A model generated the notes under the pieces. The model was given only the letters and a program-made list of their open reading frames with translations. It was not told the origin of the DNA and ran no database searches. Positions 27,303 through 37,900 of a DNA stretch of 64,000 bases are shown in pieces. Numbering within the stretch: position 1 is the first letter of the stretch; each line of letters starts with the position of its first letter. Origin of the DNA: Tetramitus jugosus (Eukaryota > Protista > Heterolobosea); contig OW569357.1 in the NCBI GenBank assembly GCA_937625935.1, positions 124,001 to 188,000 on the forward strand. The letters run 5' to 3'. Made by a program: the position numbers and the translations under genes.

Positions 27303-27361
27303 TTTTTTCTGTTTTTCTTGTTTGTTGTTTTTTTTTTAGTTCGAGAGAGGGAAATCTGTCT

Positions 27362-28834
27362 TTATTGTTGTTGTATATTTCCGCCTGGTTGTGGTTGAAG
27401 AGGAGGTGATTGTTGTTGCTGTTGTTGGTGTGGAGAGGCTAACTGAGCCGGTGGAAGAGTCAATTGGAATTGGGAGAGAGCATTCGGTGAGAATGGGATT
27501 CCTGCAATGGTGGATGGATCAATGGGTGCTTGGGTCATTGCAGGGACAGCCCCCAGAGCAAAGGGAAACATGTTTGCAAACGCCATGCCTGGTTGAATTG
27601 CTTGTTGAATGGATTGTGGTGCAATGACTGTCGTAGTCGTTGGAGTCGTAGGAGCAGCGGCCGGAGTAGTTATCGACTTTTGTTTCTTTGCAGCAGGATC
27701 ATCAGACTCCTTCTTCCCTGATTTACGCTTGGTTGCACTCTTTTTGGCTGTTTTTCCTGCCGCGGCAGCAACAGCTGTTGCTGTAGCAGTTGTTGATTGG
27801 ATTCGTGGAGTGGATGGCGAAGAGGGAACAGATGGTGAGGACGATGCGGATGTCGTCGTAGGAGTAGCATCAGCACCCTCCTTTTCCTTAATTCGATTCT
27901 TTAGTTTTCTGCCTGTTAATCCCTGCAACAAATCTTCTTCATACTCTGGATTCAACGTGTATATTCCTCTCTGATTCGACTCTGTTTCCTCCTGAGGCAC
28001 CTTGTGAAAGAATTTTGAGTGACTCAAATTGTGTCTCACAGAACTCTTCCATCCGACTTCTGCCTGCGTATAGTAGGGATACGTGTCCGATATCCACTGA
28101 TAAATTTGTTGTAGAGAAAGAGTTCTGTTCGTTGTTGATGCCAATGCCTGGGCAATCATTGTGGCATATGATACATTTGGTTTGTCCATGGATACACTAG
28201 GATTCGTCTTGATTGGTTTCGCATGAATTACATTCTTCTTCTGCATGTTGATCTGTTGTTGCTGTTGCATGATTTTTGATGCAACTCCAGTCTTTTGACC
28301 ACCAACAGCAGCAGCATGCTCACTAGTCATTGAAGCAGAGGAAGCAGAGGCAGGTGAACCAGACGATGCAGAATTGTTTGCTGTAGGCAACTGAAACACA
28401 AAATAAGAATCGCCAATCAACACCTCTGATCCGTTGCGCAGTCGAACAGGACCAGAGTCTCTTCCATAGTATCGTCCATCGACCTTGACTCCATTCTTGG
28501 ACAAAACAAGCAACTCAAAAAATTTTCCATTAAAATTGTAAGAAATGCGCGCGTGAAATCGTGAAATATTCTTGTAGGGACCCAGTGGAACATCGACTTC
28601 TTGTTCCTGCAACAACAATCGCAGTTGTTGACTCTTTTCATCGTCTATATAACTCTTATTGCTACCACCTCCATTTGTAAAAGTCAAGAGTTCTTTGCGA
28701 TCGAGTTGATGAATTTTTTTGTCCATTTTTTCCTTTGAAAAGGGCATGGTTCTTCCGAGTGTAACCGACAATTTTTGAATAAAGAATTCGACATTGTGTC
28801 CTCTTAGTTTTGCAAATCCTTCATTGTCTCGCAT
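27362..28834 (-). CDS. FHA-forkhead transcription factor (FOXK/Fkh1-2-like)
   Basis: FAKLRG...LGR, ISRFHARI, KNGV.VDG (FHA); KPNVSYATMIAQAL...WKSSVRHNLS (forkhead). Confidence 0.92.
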   Translation of the reverse strand: MRDNEGFAKLRGHNVEFFIQKLSVTLGRTMPFSKEKMDKKIHQLDRKELLTFTNGGGSNKSYIDDEKSQQLRLLLQEQEVDVPLGPYKNISRFHARISYNFNGKFFELLVLSKNGVKVDGRYYGRDSGPVRLRNGSEVLIGDSYFVFQLPTANNSASSGSPASASSASMTSEHAAAVGGQKTGVASKIMQQQQQINMQKKNVIHAKPIKTNPSVSMDKPNVSYATMIAQALASTTNRTLSLQQIYQWISDTYPYYTQAEVGWKSSVRHNLSHSKFFHKVPQEETESNQRGIYTLNPEYEEDLLQGLTGRKLKNRIKEKEGADATPTTTSASSSPSVPSSPSTPRIQSTTATATAVAAAAGKTAKKSATKRKSGKKESDDPAAKKQKSITTPAAAPTTPTTTTVIAPQSIQQAIQPGMAFANMFPFALGAVPAMTQAPIDPSTIAGIPFSPNALSQFQLTLPPAQLASPHQQQQQQSPPLQPQPGGNIQQQ

Positions 28835-29001
28835 GTTTGTTCAAGTGAAGCAGTTGTGATGACTGACGCGTTGGAAAGTTGAATTGTTGTTGCTCTCTCG
28901 GTTGGATTTTTGATCGATTTCTTTTCGGTAGGGGGAGAAATTTTCTTTTTTATTTGTCCGTTGCTTCTGCTGTCGATCGCTGTTGGATAACGACTGAGGA
29001 C

Positions 29002-30321
29002 TTAGTAAGTACCGACACGTTCTTGTAACTTTAGAACAATCATTTGTTTCTTGGTTCTGTTGTACACTGAAAAGTATCGATTCTGATAGAACCAAGTAAA
29101 ACCGGCATTGTAGAATATGATACCGTTTGCCCAACCTCTTTCATCAGAAAACCATTCATATGCATTGGCAATGTCATGATCATTTTCGAGATTCAATACC
29201 TCTTTGGCTTCTGGACACATTTCGAACACTTCTTCGAGTTCGACAGGACGTCCATTCATGTGCAAATATAAAATCCATGGATCGAAATCTCCTTCAGTGT
29301 TCACACCAATTCCAACAGACACCAAACGGTCTCCAGCCATGTCATCTTCAACAGATTCTTTTGCTTCATCAATAGGATACAATTCCCTTTCTTGACCTGT
29401 CATTACTGCAATACAAAATGAGAGCAATGGGACACAGGTATGATTGATTTCAGCATCGGTGTTCGCGATGGTGGACTCAGAAGAACAATAGCCCACTCTG
29501 AAATAGTGATATAATCTTGGAACATATTCACTCTCATTGAATATGGCCATGATCACCGATAACTTGTGTTGAACAGCGTCAGGAGAACCATTGTGACAAT
29601 TCAAGCGCATCGTAGAGCAAGAGACTGTCGGCACCACACGCCCACTTGCCATTCCTGTAGATTCATCCTTTAGTAGGGTAGATGCGAGCTCAACTTGTGG
29701 AATTCTATCAACCAACGTGAAAAATTGCTGGAAAGGAGACAAACACGACTCTCGCACCAAAGCTAGTCTACTGTCACCGCTCTGTTGTAGGTCAGTGGAA
29801 CTTGTATTATCACATTGTGGCAGCGCCGGCAGCAACAAATTATTTGATTGAGAGGAGCCAACAGTAGTTGTATAACTCTTCAGAATATGGTACCAGAGCA
29901 TATCAGAATTCACAATGGATCGGTTCCACCAAGAACAAACCCGTCTTAGTCTTGCCATCTGCCAAACTTCTAAAAAAGACAGAATCAGAGCAAAGCAGTC
30001 ATCCGACATAATGTGTTCAGTCCAATTGAACCCTGTTTCCACCTTTTCTGTCTTCTCGTCCAGGGCTTGGAATGTTTCTCCAATATCGTGAGTGTACTTC
30101 TCTTCGAGTAAGTCAAAGAACTCTTGATAGGGTATTTGATCTGCTTCAATCCATTGATCCTTCACTTCCCAAACCATATTGTACTTTATCCCATTTTTAC
30201 TCGTATGATTCTTCATTTCATTAGATGCGAATGAGTGGAAGAGATCATAGGGAGTTTGAGGTCTAAACAAGACACCCTGTTGATAGGCAACGTTCTCTTG
30301 ACAGAATTGTTGGTGGCTCAT
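29002..30321 (-). CDS. F-box domain protein
   Basis: MSDDCFALILSFLEVWQMARLRRVCSWWNR...LW. Confidence 0.7.
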   Translation of the reverse strand: MSHQQFCQENVAYQQGVLFRPQTPYDLFHSFASNEMKNHTSKNGIKYNMVWEVKDQWIEADQIPYQEFFDLLEEKYTHDIGETFQALDEKTEKVETGFNWTEHIMSDDCFALILSFLEVWQMARLRRVCSWWNRSIVNSDMLWYHILKSYTTTVGSSQSNNLLLPALPQCDNTSSTDLQQSGDSRLALVRESCLSPFQQFFTLVDRIPQVELASTLLKDESTGMASGRVVPTVSCSTMRLNCHNGSPDAVQHKLSVIMAIFNESEYVPRLYHYFRVGYCSSESTIANTDAEINHTCVPLLSFCIAVMTGQERELYPIDEAKESVEDDMAGDRLVSVGIGVNTEGDFDPWILYLHMNGRPVELEEVFEMCPEAKEVLNLENDHDIANAYEWFSDERGWANGIIFYNAGFTWFYQNRYFSVYNRTKKQMIVLKLQERVGTY

Positions 30322-30446
30322 CTCCAATTGTTGTTTTGTTGGCCTAGAAAGTTAGCAGCGAAAGAAGTTCAGCTTCTCAATTTTGACTTTGATTGGGGAA
30401 TTGCCCGAAACCTCATTTACCACTCACAAAATACCCAAAAGCAAAA

Positions 30447-33059
30447 ATGTCATTCGTCACAAAGAGTAGTGATCAGGTTGTTTGCCATGGGTTCTTGTTC
30501 AGGATTTTCCTGTGTGTATTGTTGCTGTTTGTTGCTGATGTGTCCTGTGGCCTTCAGAAAAAATCAATGTCGTTATCTGGTTCAGTGGAAACAACGGCTG
30601 TGGGTAACGGTCTGGTTCTCTTCCAGATTGGAGGTAATGTCAACGGAAGGGTGAGATCTCGGTTGAACAAGTACATGGAACTACTTGGGCAATCAACAAA
30701 TAACAAGCCACAAGGTTCAACAAATTCAGCCAATACTGTTGGCAAGCTATGTATTTCATTTGGTGATGCTCCATGGTCTCGGATGTTCATCAATAGGACT
30801 ATTGATCTGGATGGCTTAGGTCCTGATGCGTTCGTTGTAAAAACCATCATGGGAAATCGTCGAGACAAACAAGCAAGCACAGCAGCGATACCAGAAGGAT
30901 GTCAGTGTCTGGTAGTTTGTGACGGAAACAGAGGTGCTTTGAACACTTCTTTCTATCCTATCCATGCTGATATTAATAATGGTGTTTCTTATGCCGCGTA
31001 CTCTGTGTTAGCAGAGTTGTTCTCATTCGGTTTCAATCATCCGTTGAAACCGACAATATCACCTATAGTCAATGCCAAGAAGGATTCACTTGATTTAGTT
31101 CAGTTTTTGATCAAGAACAATCGTTTACCTCTGAACTTAATAGAAAAACCTCATGTGTTGCCAAGGAGAGGAGTCCACATCCACACGGAACATCCACTAG
31201 AGTTGACTCATTTCTTGAATGGATTTTCAAATGAGATGTCCGAGATGTATCACCATTGGAAGGAGGGAATGGATGATTGGGAGAAGGTGTGTGAATGGTT
31301 GGTGGCCAATCGTCAAAACAGTGTACAGTTCGTCTTACTCTATGGATCTTCATGGTCCTCGTTTGCTGACTCAGTAGATCGACAGAAGAGGCTATCAGAG
31401 ATTGTACAAATGGCTCACGAATGGGGTATTGATATCGGCTTAGATGTGCCTATAGTCATGGAGCAACAACACGCCTGGCGATTGATTCGAAAACTTGGAA
31501 ATTTTGAAGATGAGATTCGCCAATTGTATCAACACATTGATTACGTTTGCGAGGCTAATTTTGATTTCATGGCTTCAGAAGTTGGTTTTTCAGAGTTTAC
31601 TCATGGCTCTGCTGAGCGTATGCTCTCATATCTGAATGCCAGTGCCATCTACTTGGATGAGAAATGGGGGAAAAAGTTCTATGTGAAGATTCACATATCT
31701 CAAGGACAGACCATTCCCGAATTCATAGATCCACTCACTGGAAAACCAGGCCTCAATTTCAATTTCTTACCCTACTATGCAGATGCAAGAGTGTCGATCA
31801 TGCCCCACACAGTGCAAATGTTTTCTCTAACGGATCCTGCATACACCTATGGAAACAAGAATTTTACGCAATTGCGAGACTTTATGTTTCTTGAATTAGG
31901 CAAACGAGAGGTTGTATGGCATCCAGAAACTGCATACTGGGTCACGTTTGATAGCAATGTTCCATTAATTTTGCCAACTTATATCGACAGAAGATTGTAT
32001 GATTTGAGATACATCACAAATCACTGCACGAAGGTAGGGAAGAAAATCGATGGACAAATCATATTTTCCTCTGGATGGGAGTACGGTTACTGGTTAAATG
32101 ATATTGCGGTAATGAGAATTGCATGGAATCCTCACATGGAGGAAGAAGATCACAGCAAGGCATTACTAAAGGTTATGGATGATGTGACAAAATCATTTGT
32201 GTTTGATGAGAAAATAAGAAATGATTTCAATCTTGTGATTCATCAGTTGGCAGAGAGTCAGACAAAATATCTTATCAAGGGAGAAGTAGGTGGTGTAGAA
32301 CCTGCAGATATGTACAGAAAATCAGGAATTTCATTGCTCGAAGGGTGGGACACTTGGTCTGACCTTAACTATTATCTATCGAAAACAATTGGCACGAATA
32401 TGGCAACTCAACCAGATAAGCTCCAGTATTTTGACGTGAGAATAGGTTTTGATCAAGGAATTTACCAAGGTCAGGTCAGACCACTGTTATTGGAGATGAT
32501 TGACAGTTTCAATAAGACAACAAATCGATTGGGAGGAATATCAACAGATTCAAACTGGTTTGACTTATATTCAGATATTTTTGATAGCACTAACTTACTC
32601 CTACTGAGAGTGCAGTGTGTTTATGAATTGTTCGAGTTTGCACATTCGAAGTATGTGAAGGATGACAAAGCACAACTCGTTCATGCCAGCAATGCTCGCT
32701 CAGTAATTGATAGGGCACAAACTATTGTAAATCATCGAATTTCCAACTTTAGAGTGAAGGACCTCAGCACCATTGTTGGATGGAATTATAATCCAACAAG
32801 CTATCCTTTTGGTTACTTGTGGACAACTAAAAATCTCTATTTCTGGTGGAGAGACTACGCTAAGATTGTTCTTGGAAAACCAAATCCATGTTTCATGAAC
32901 ATTCAGAATCCATTGGATGTTGCTATTGGAGAAGGAGCGATGCAAGTGCTCGCAGAACTCGTTCGTGAGCTGTTGGAGAAGTTCAAATATTGGGACTTGT
33001 TTGCGGATTGTCTGGCTGCGCCATTGACTGAACCTCCAGTTCCTCCTTTTCAACCATAA
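30447..33059 (+). CDS. Uncharacterised secreted/lumenal protein (~870 aa), possibly a TIM-barrel hydrolase
   Basis: Long intact ORF, N-terminal hydrophobic segment, conserved-looking RGVHIHTEHPLEL, WHPETAYWVTFD and SSGWEYGYWL motifs. Confidence 0.6.
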   Translation: MSFVTKSSDQVVCHGFLFRIFLCVLLLFVADVSCGLQKKSMSLSGSVETTAVGNGLVLFQIGGNVNGRVRSRLNKYMELLGQSTNNKPQGSTNSANTVGKLCISFGDAPWSRMFINRTIDLDGLGPDAFVVKTIMGNRRDKQASTAAIPEGCQCLVVCDGNRGALNTSFYPIHADINNGVSYAAYSVLAELFSFGFNHPLKPTISPIVNAKKDSLDLVQFLIKNNRLPLNLIEKPHVLPRRGVHIHTEHPLELTHFLNGFSNEMSEMYHHWKEGMDDWEKVCEWLVANRQNSVQFVLLYGSSWSSFADSVDRQKRLSEIVQMAHEWGIDIGLDVPIVMEQQHAWRLIRKLGNFEDEIRQLYQHIDYVCEANFDFMASEVGFSEFTHGSAERMLSYLNASAIYLDEKWGKKFYVKIHISQGQTIPEFIDPLTGKPGLNFNFLPYYADARVSIMPHTVQMFSLTDPAYTYGNKNFTQLRDFMFLELGKREVVWHPETAYWVTFDSNVPLILPTYIDRRLYDLRYITNHCTKVGKKIDGQIIFSSGWEYGYWLNDIAVMRIAWNPHMEEEDHSKALLKVMDDVTKSFVFDEKIRNDFNLVIHQLAESQTKYLIKGEVGGVEPADMYRKSGISLLEGWDTWSDLNYYLSKTIGTNMATQPDKLQYFDVRIGFDQGIYQGQVRPLLLEMIDSFNKTTNRLGGISTDSNWFDLYSDIFDSTNLLLLRVQCVYELFEFAHSKYVKDDKAQLVHASNARSVIDRAQTIVNHRISNFRVKDLSTIVGWNYNPTSYPFGYLWTTKNLYFWWRDYAKIVLGKPNPCFMNIQNPLDVAIGEGAMQVLAELVRELLEKFKYWDLFADCLAAPLTEPPVPPFQP

Positions 33060-33183
33060 GTAAACAATCTTTGGAGACCAATGTTGTACCAATCGTTTCA
33101 ATAGTTCCCTTCACATTATCCTCGTCATTACAAATCCTTCGGAAAATCAGAAAACATTCTCCGCCGCAAGTTCGAAAAAAAAC

Positions 33184-34653
33184 ATGAACAACAATATCAA
33201 CCTGCAAATCAACTTTCTAAACTATCATGCCCACAGTGGATCCAACCTGCCCTACTATCGCTATCGACTACAGAACACATTCAAGAAACAATTGGCTTCT
33301 CAACTAGAGATTTGTGAGTACAAGGAACTGGATGTCTCCGATTTCCAAAACTCTATTCTTTCGATTCACATTGATCAATCGGATCAAAGGTACCTGTTGG
33401 CTGGATCATCTGACATGGTGATTGCCATTTATGATTTGGACGAGTATGATCGAAGTATGGAGAGTAGACAACAATTGCAGCTCACGAGTAGGAGTAGCAG
33501 TCATCAAGGAAAGACGACGACGACGACAAGGAGGAGAATGACGACAATGAAGATGATTCGACCGATTGTAACTCTTCGACCAAATAATGATGCAGGTGGA
33601 CGATCGAAAACTCATGAGAATAGTATCACATGTGTCGAGTGGTATCCTCATGATACGGGCATGTTTTTTACGAGTGGATACGATAATTATGTCAAAGTTT
33701 GGAGCACGAACGAACAACAGGTGGCACTACAGTTTAGACTCAATACTCAGGTCAATATGTTTTCACTGTCTCCGATCGCAACGCAACACATGAATATTGC
33801 CTGTGCTTGCAATGGATCTTTTATACGATTGTGTGATGTAAACTCTGGTAGTTCTGCACAGACATTGTCCGGTCACAAGGGTGATGTAAAGTGTGTGCGA
33901 TGGTCACCTACAAACGAATATTTATTGGCCAGTGGAAGCACAGATCAGACAGTGAAATTGTGGGATATTCGTATGGCTGGATGGTTGCACAGCTTTGACA
34001 TGTCACATACGAAACGGCGTAAACCACTCGCTAGCCCTAGATCCAAGAAAGGCACACCTACTGGTAGAGGAAAGGCTATTGACAATGACAGTAGTGAGCA
34101 TCGATCCATTCTCAACAGTCCAAAAAACTTTTCTGTGGAAAGAGTGTATGGTAGAGCGCCTGTCAAGCCATCACATCAAGGTGCAATAGTAGATTTGCAA
34201 TTTTCGCCGGATGGGTGTTATTTGCTATCATCGGGCATGGATGCTCGATTGTTGAGATGGGAAGTCGCTACAGGTCAAAACACTTTAGTGGCTTATCCCA
34301 AGGTTGTTACGTCGAGCAATATCTTTCATCGCAACTTTGCATTGTCTCAGGAAGGATCGGTTGTATTTCATCCCAATGGAGAAAATATTGGTGTGTACGA
34401 TGTTGAGAGTGGTGCACTGTTGAGTGAACTGCAGGGTCATTTTCGACCTGTTACAAGCGTTGCCTATCATCCAAAGGAACAAGAATTGTATAGTGTTGCA
34501 GAGGATCGATCGATGATGATATGGACTCCAAGACTCTACCACGAACAAATGAAGCCCATACTGGAAGACAATGACGAACGATCCGCTAAATCAGCTGTAG
34601 ATGAAGATGCTTGGTCATCAGACGAAGAAGACAATAACACTGTCGGTTTTTAA
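33184..34653 (+). CDS. ERCC8: Cockayne syndrome A WD40 protein
   Basis: WYPHDTGMFFTSGYD, WSPTNEYLLASGS.D..VKLWDIR, C-terminal EDAWSSDEE. Confidence 0.88.
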   Translation: MNNNINLQINFLNYHAHSGSNLPYYRYRLQNTFKKQLASQLEICEYKELDVSDFQNSILSIHIDQSDQRYLLAGSSDMVIAIYDLDEYDRSMESRQQLQLTSRSSSHQGKTTTTTRRRMTTMKMIRPIVTLRPNNDAGGRSKTHENSITCVEWYPHDTGMFFTSGYDNYVKVWSTNEQQVALQFRLNTQVNMFSLSPIATQHMNIACACNGSFIRLCDVNSGSSAQTLSGHKGDVKCVRWSPTNEYLLASGSTDQTVKLWDIRMAGWLHSFDMSHTKRRKPLASPRSKKGTPTGRGKAIDNDSSEHRSILNSPKNFSVERVYGRAPVKPSHQGAIVDLQFSPDGCYLLSSGMDARLLRWEVATGQNTLVAYPKVVTSSNIFHRNFALSQEGSVVFHPNGENIGVYDVESGALLSELQGHFRPVTSVAYHPKEQELYSVAEDRSMMIWTPRLYHEQMKPILEDNDERSAKSAVDEDAWSSDEEDNNTVGF

Positions 34654-34671
34654 CACAACCATGGTACTTGT

Positions 34672-35568
34672 TTACAATATTTTTGCCCTTTCTTCCTTGA
34701 CACGTTTCACTGCTTCTTCCCTAATATCTCTTCTGAATTGCTTGGCTTCTGCCTTGCTCAAATTAAGCTCCCGCTTAATTTGCTTCTCCATGTTCAAGAT
34801 GTCTCTCTGCAATTCCTTGACAGCCTTCTCCTGTTGCTCTCTGTCTTCAAAGATGTTGGTCGTAGGCAGTGTAGAAGATCCCAGAGGCTTCTTCACATCA
34901 TCACTCATCATTCTATCGAGACTTGTATTGGATCTGTCTGGCAGTGGTGGTGGTGGTGGTGCATTTGCGTCTCCTGATGCTGCTGTTGGTGATCCAATCA
35001 AAACTTGGCGAGAAGATCCTCTTCCGACCCAGAACGAAATGAGACCCACAGTCAATGCCACACTCACAATCACAACCTTTCTCCAAAAGGTGAAATTTGG
35101 ATGATTTGGATTGAGAATCCACACTTTAACAACAGGCTCTCCAAACGTCTCAGGTTCATTGGCTCGTTCCTCAAATCCCTCCTGTTCAAACTTTCTTTGA
35201 ATTTCCTGGATGCTGGTCAATTGAGCCTCATATTCCTCATTGGTCTGATTTGTGAAATTGGGGTTCATGGGAGGAGGGGACTGTCTGTTTTCTTTGGCAG
35301 AGGCAATCACAGTAGGTGTATCTCCACCTCCACTGGTGCGCTTGGAGGTGGGAAACAACAATGCATCCATCTCACTAATCTTGTTGCTAGTGTGGTCATC
35401 ATTCGAAGTGTGTTCAACCTTGTTGTTGTTGTTGAGAATGTGGTTGTGATAGTTCACCATCATCAACAATGGTTGTTGTCTGGTTGTGCGGATATGATGC
35501 TGATGATGAATACGATGCATCATCGCAACATTGTGTGACTTCCTCATCATTGCTTTCATCATCATTCG
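34672..35568 (-). CDS. Uncharacterised single-pass membrane protein with coiled coil, probably mitochondrial (start uncertain)
   Basis: Presequence-like N-terminus, TM segment VVIVSVALTVGLISFWV, C-terminal coiled coil. Confidence 0.55.
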   Translation of the reverse strand, partial: RMMMKAMMRKSHNVAMMHRIHHQHHIRTTRQQPLLMMVNYHNHILNNNNKVEHTSNDDHTSNKISEMDALLFPTSKRTSGGGDTPTVIASAKENRQSPPPMNPNFTNQTNEEYEAQLTSIQEIQRKFEQEGFEERANEPETFGEPVVKVWILNPNHPNFTFWRKVVIVSVALTVGLISFWVGRGSSRQVLIGSPTAASGDANAPPPPPLPDRSNTSLDRMMSDDVKKPLGSSTLPTTNIFEDREQQEKAVKELQRDILNMEKQIKRELNLSKAEAKQFRRDIREEAVKRVKEERAKIL

Positions 35569-35715
35569 ACTCGTTTTTCCAAAAAGCTTCTCTTGGTTTG
35601 CCGCCAGATTGTTGTTTTGGTCCGAACAGTTTACCCGAAAAGCTGAGTGAAGGACCAATAGCCCGCACGCAACAACACGATCAAATCAAATAGACAGCGT
35701 TCGTTGAGAGAGATC

Positions 35716-37518
35716 ATGATTGTATCCTCACTGTTGCGAACGCAACAACTACAATCACACAAATCATCGATTCCCTTTGTTCGTTGTTTGTTGATACACA
35801 ACGACAAGCAGCACAACAACAATCATCACACCCTTGTACACAGATTTTACTCGTCAACAACCATTGTTGATCCAGAAGAAGCGGTGACGCCTCATTATCA
35901 TGAACTGATCTGTATTGGTGGTGGTTCAGGAGGTCTCAGTGCCTCCAAAAGGGCCAGTCTCTATCTATTACAAGAACAAACACAACAAGCATCTAGTGAT
36001 GATGTTGGTGCATCCACCATTCCAACAAATCTAATGGGTGAAGTGGCAACTAAAAAATCATCCGCACGTGTTGCATTGATCGATTCAAGAGCCAAAACAG
36101 AACAACAAGTCAATTTGTGTAAGCCTAGTTTGCGCTGGGGTCTCGGAGGCACATGTGTCAATGTCGGTTGCATTCCCAAGAAGCTATTTCATGCGTCGTC
36201 ACTCGTGTTTGAGTCCGTGGTCAAGAACAATGATTTGAGCAAGTTTGGATTGCCGTATAACACAACAACCGATAAAGCAGTGGTTGTCAATTGGAAGGAA
36301 TTCTCTGATCAAGTCATGAACTATATCAAGAGTATCAATTTTGGATACAGAGGTGATTTGATGAGTGCTAGCGTGGAGATTGTGAGTGGAAATGCAAAGT
36401 TTGTGGACAGAGAAACCATTGAAGTCACATTGGACAGGGGCAACAAGAAGAAGCGAATGAAGGCCAAGAATTTTGTGATTGCAGTGGGAGGATCACCTAC
36501 AATCCCGGATATACCGGGATCACAGTATGTCATAACGAGTGATGAAATTTTTTATTTGAGAGATGCACCTGGTAAGACGTTGGTCGTCGGTGCAGGATAT
36601 ATTGCTTTGGAGTGTGCTGGATTTTTGAATGGGTTGGGATTTCCGACAACGGTCATGTATCGATCCGTTCCTCTGAGATCATTTGATCAAGAGTGCGCTG
36701 CATTTGTTGTGAAGCATTTGGAACATGCAGGAGCAAGAATTATGCCCGGAAAGGTGATCACGAGAATTGAGAAGAATGACGTGGATGGTAAGCTCAAGGT
36801 GTATTATACGAGCACCGATGCGACACAAGAGGAAAGCGAAGAGTACGACACGGTCATGTATGCCATTGGAAGAACATCACATAAGCAATGTGAGAGCTTG
36901 CATTTGGATAATGCAGGAGTGACATGGGATCGAGTGACAGGTAAGATTATTACAAATGAATCAGACCAAACATCTACAAGCAACATTTATGCTATCGGTG
37001 ATTGTGCTCAGTCGCCGTCAATGGCTGGATATGTGAGTGAATTGACTCCTGTTGCGATCCGTGCTGGTAAATTGCTTGCTTCGCGGTTGTATGGAGACGG
37101 AAAGCAGCTGATGAACTATGACAACGTACCAACAGCAATCTTTACTCCGGTTGAATATGCTTGTGTTGGACTCTCAGAAGAACAAGCAATTAGAGTATAT
37201 GGGGTTGATAATCTGGAGATTTATCATTTGCACTATAACTCTGTGGAGAACTCTTTCTTGAAGCGCGAGCTGAACACTAGTTTTATGAAAATGATTTGTC
37301 TAAAGACAGAGAACGAACGAATCGTTGGATTCCATTACTGTGGACCAAACGCTGGCGAAATGATTCATGGTGTGGCAGTGGCGTTGAAGAATGGAGCAAC
37401 CAAGACAGACTTTGATGATATGGTTGGTGTACATCCGACTGCCGCTGAAGAGATGTTCTCCATGCAAGTGACAAAGAGAAGTGGTTTACCAGCAGAGAAG
37501 CATGGATGCTGAGGCTAG
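35716..37518 (+). CDS. TXNRD: Selenocysteine-containing high-Mr thioredoxin reductase (C-terminal GCUG; TGA 37510-37512 = Sec), mitochondrial-type presequence
   Basis: GGGSGG, GGTCVNVGCIPKK, GVHPTAAE; 3' end reads GGA TGC TGA GGC TAG = Gly-Cys-Sec-Gly-stop. Confidence 0.93.
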
Positions 37519-37593
37519 TTCTCCTTGGTAACACAGCCGAGGAGAGTAAGAAATACATTCAACAACAAATTCCGAACAAAGGATTGCCATCCT

Positions 37594-37669
37594 GATTTGC
37601 ACATGACGACCAGTATTCAAGTGAAAGATTCTGAATTGAATCGAAGAATTCAATCTGACAACGCAAATC
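37594..37669 (+). promoter_or_regulatory. Candidate SECIS element in the TrxR 3' UTR
   Basis: Outer helix GATTTGC/GCAAATC; ATGA (37603) followed 12 nt later by AA; alternative GTGA...TGA core with AGAT/ATCT and TGAATT/AATTCA pairing; exact fold unresolved by eye. Confidence 0.45.
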
Positions 37670-37779
37670 GAAGCATCGTAAAAACTTAAAAAGTCTGTAA
37701 ACACAACAAATTTTAACCTGTTTTTTGTTTGGGTTAACCAGAAACCTAAACCCAAACTTCTCCAAAACCAAAAAGCGAT

Positions 37780-37851
37780 TGAGGAGTGAGCGAATTGAAC
37801 GCCCGACCTGCTGATCTGGAGTCAGATGCTCTACCGCTGAGCTAACCCCCC
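37780..37851 (-). tRNA. trnW-CCA: tRNA-Trp(CCA)
   Basis: GGGGGGT TA GCTC AGCGGTA GAGC A TCTGA CTCCAGA TCAGC AGGTC GGGCG TTCAATT CGCTC ACTCCTC A folds as a cloverleaf; A/B boxes present; T5 Pol III terminator just downstream (37770-37774). Confidence 0.95.
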
Positions 37852-37880
37852 GAACACATAAAGTCTGGGATTCGTTTTTG

Positions 37881-37895
37881 CCCGGTTTATTTACA
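37881..37895 (+). repeat. Target-site duplication copy 1 (CCCGGTTTATTTACA)
   Basis: Identical 15-mers at 40663-40677 and 41980-41994, each directly after a poly(A) tract. Confidence 0.92.
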
Positions 37896-37900
37896 GTGGT

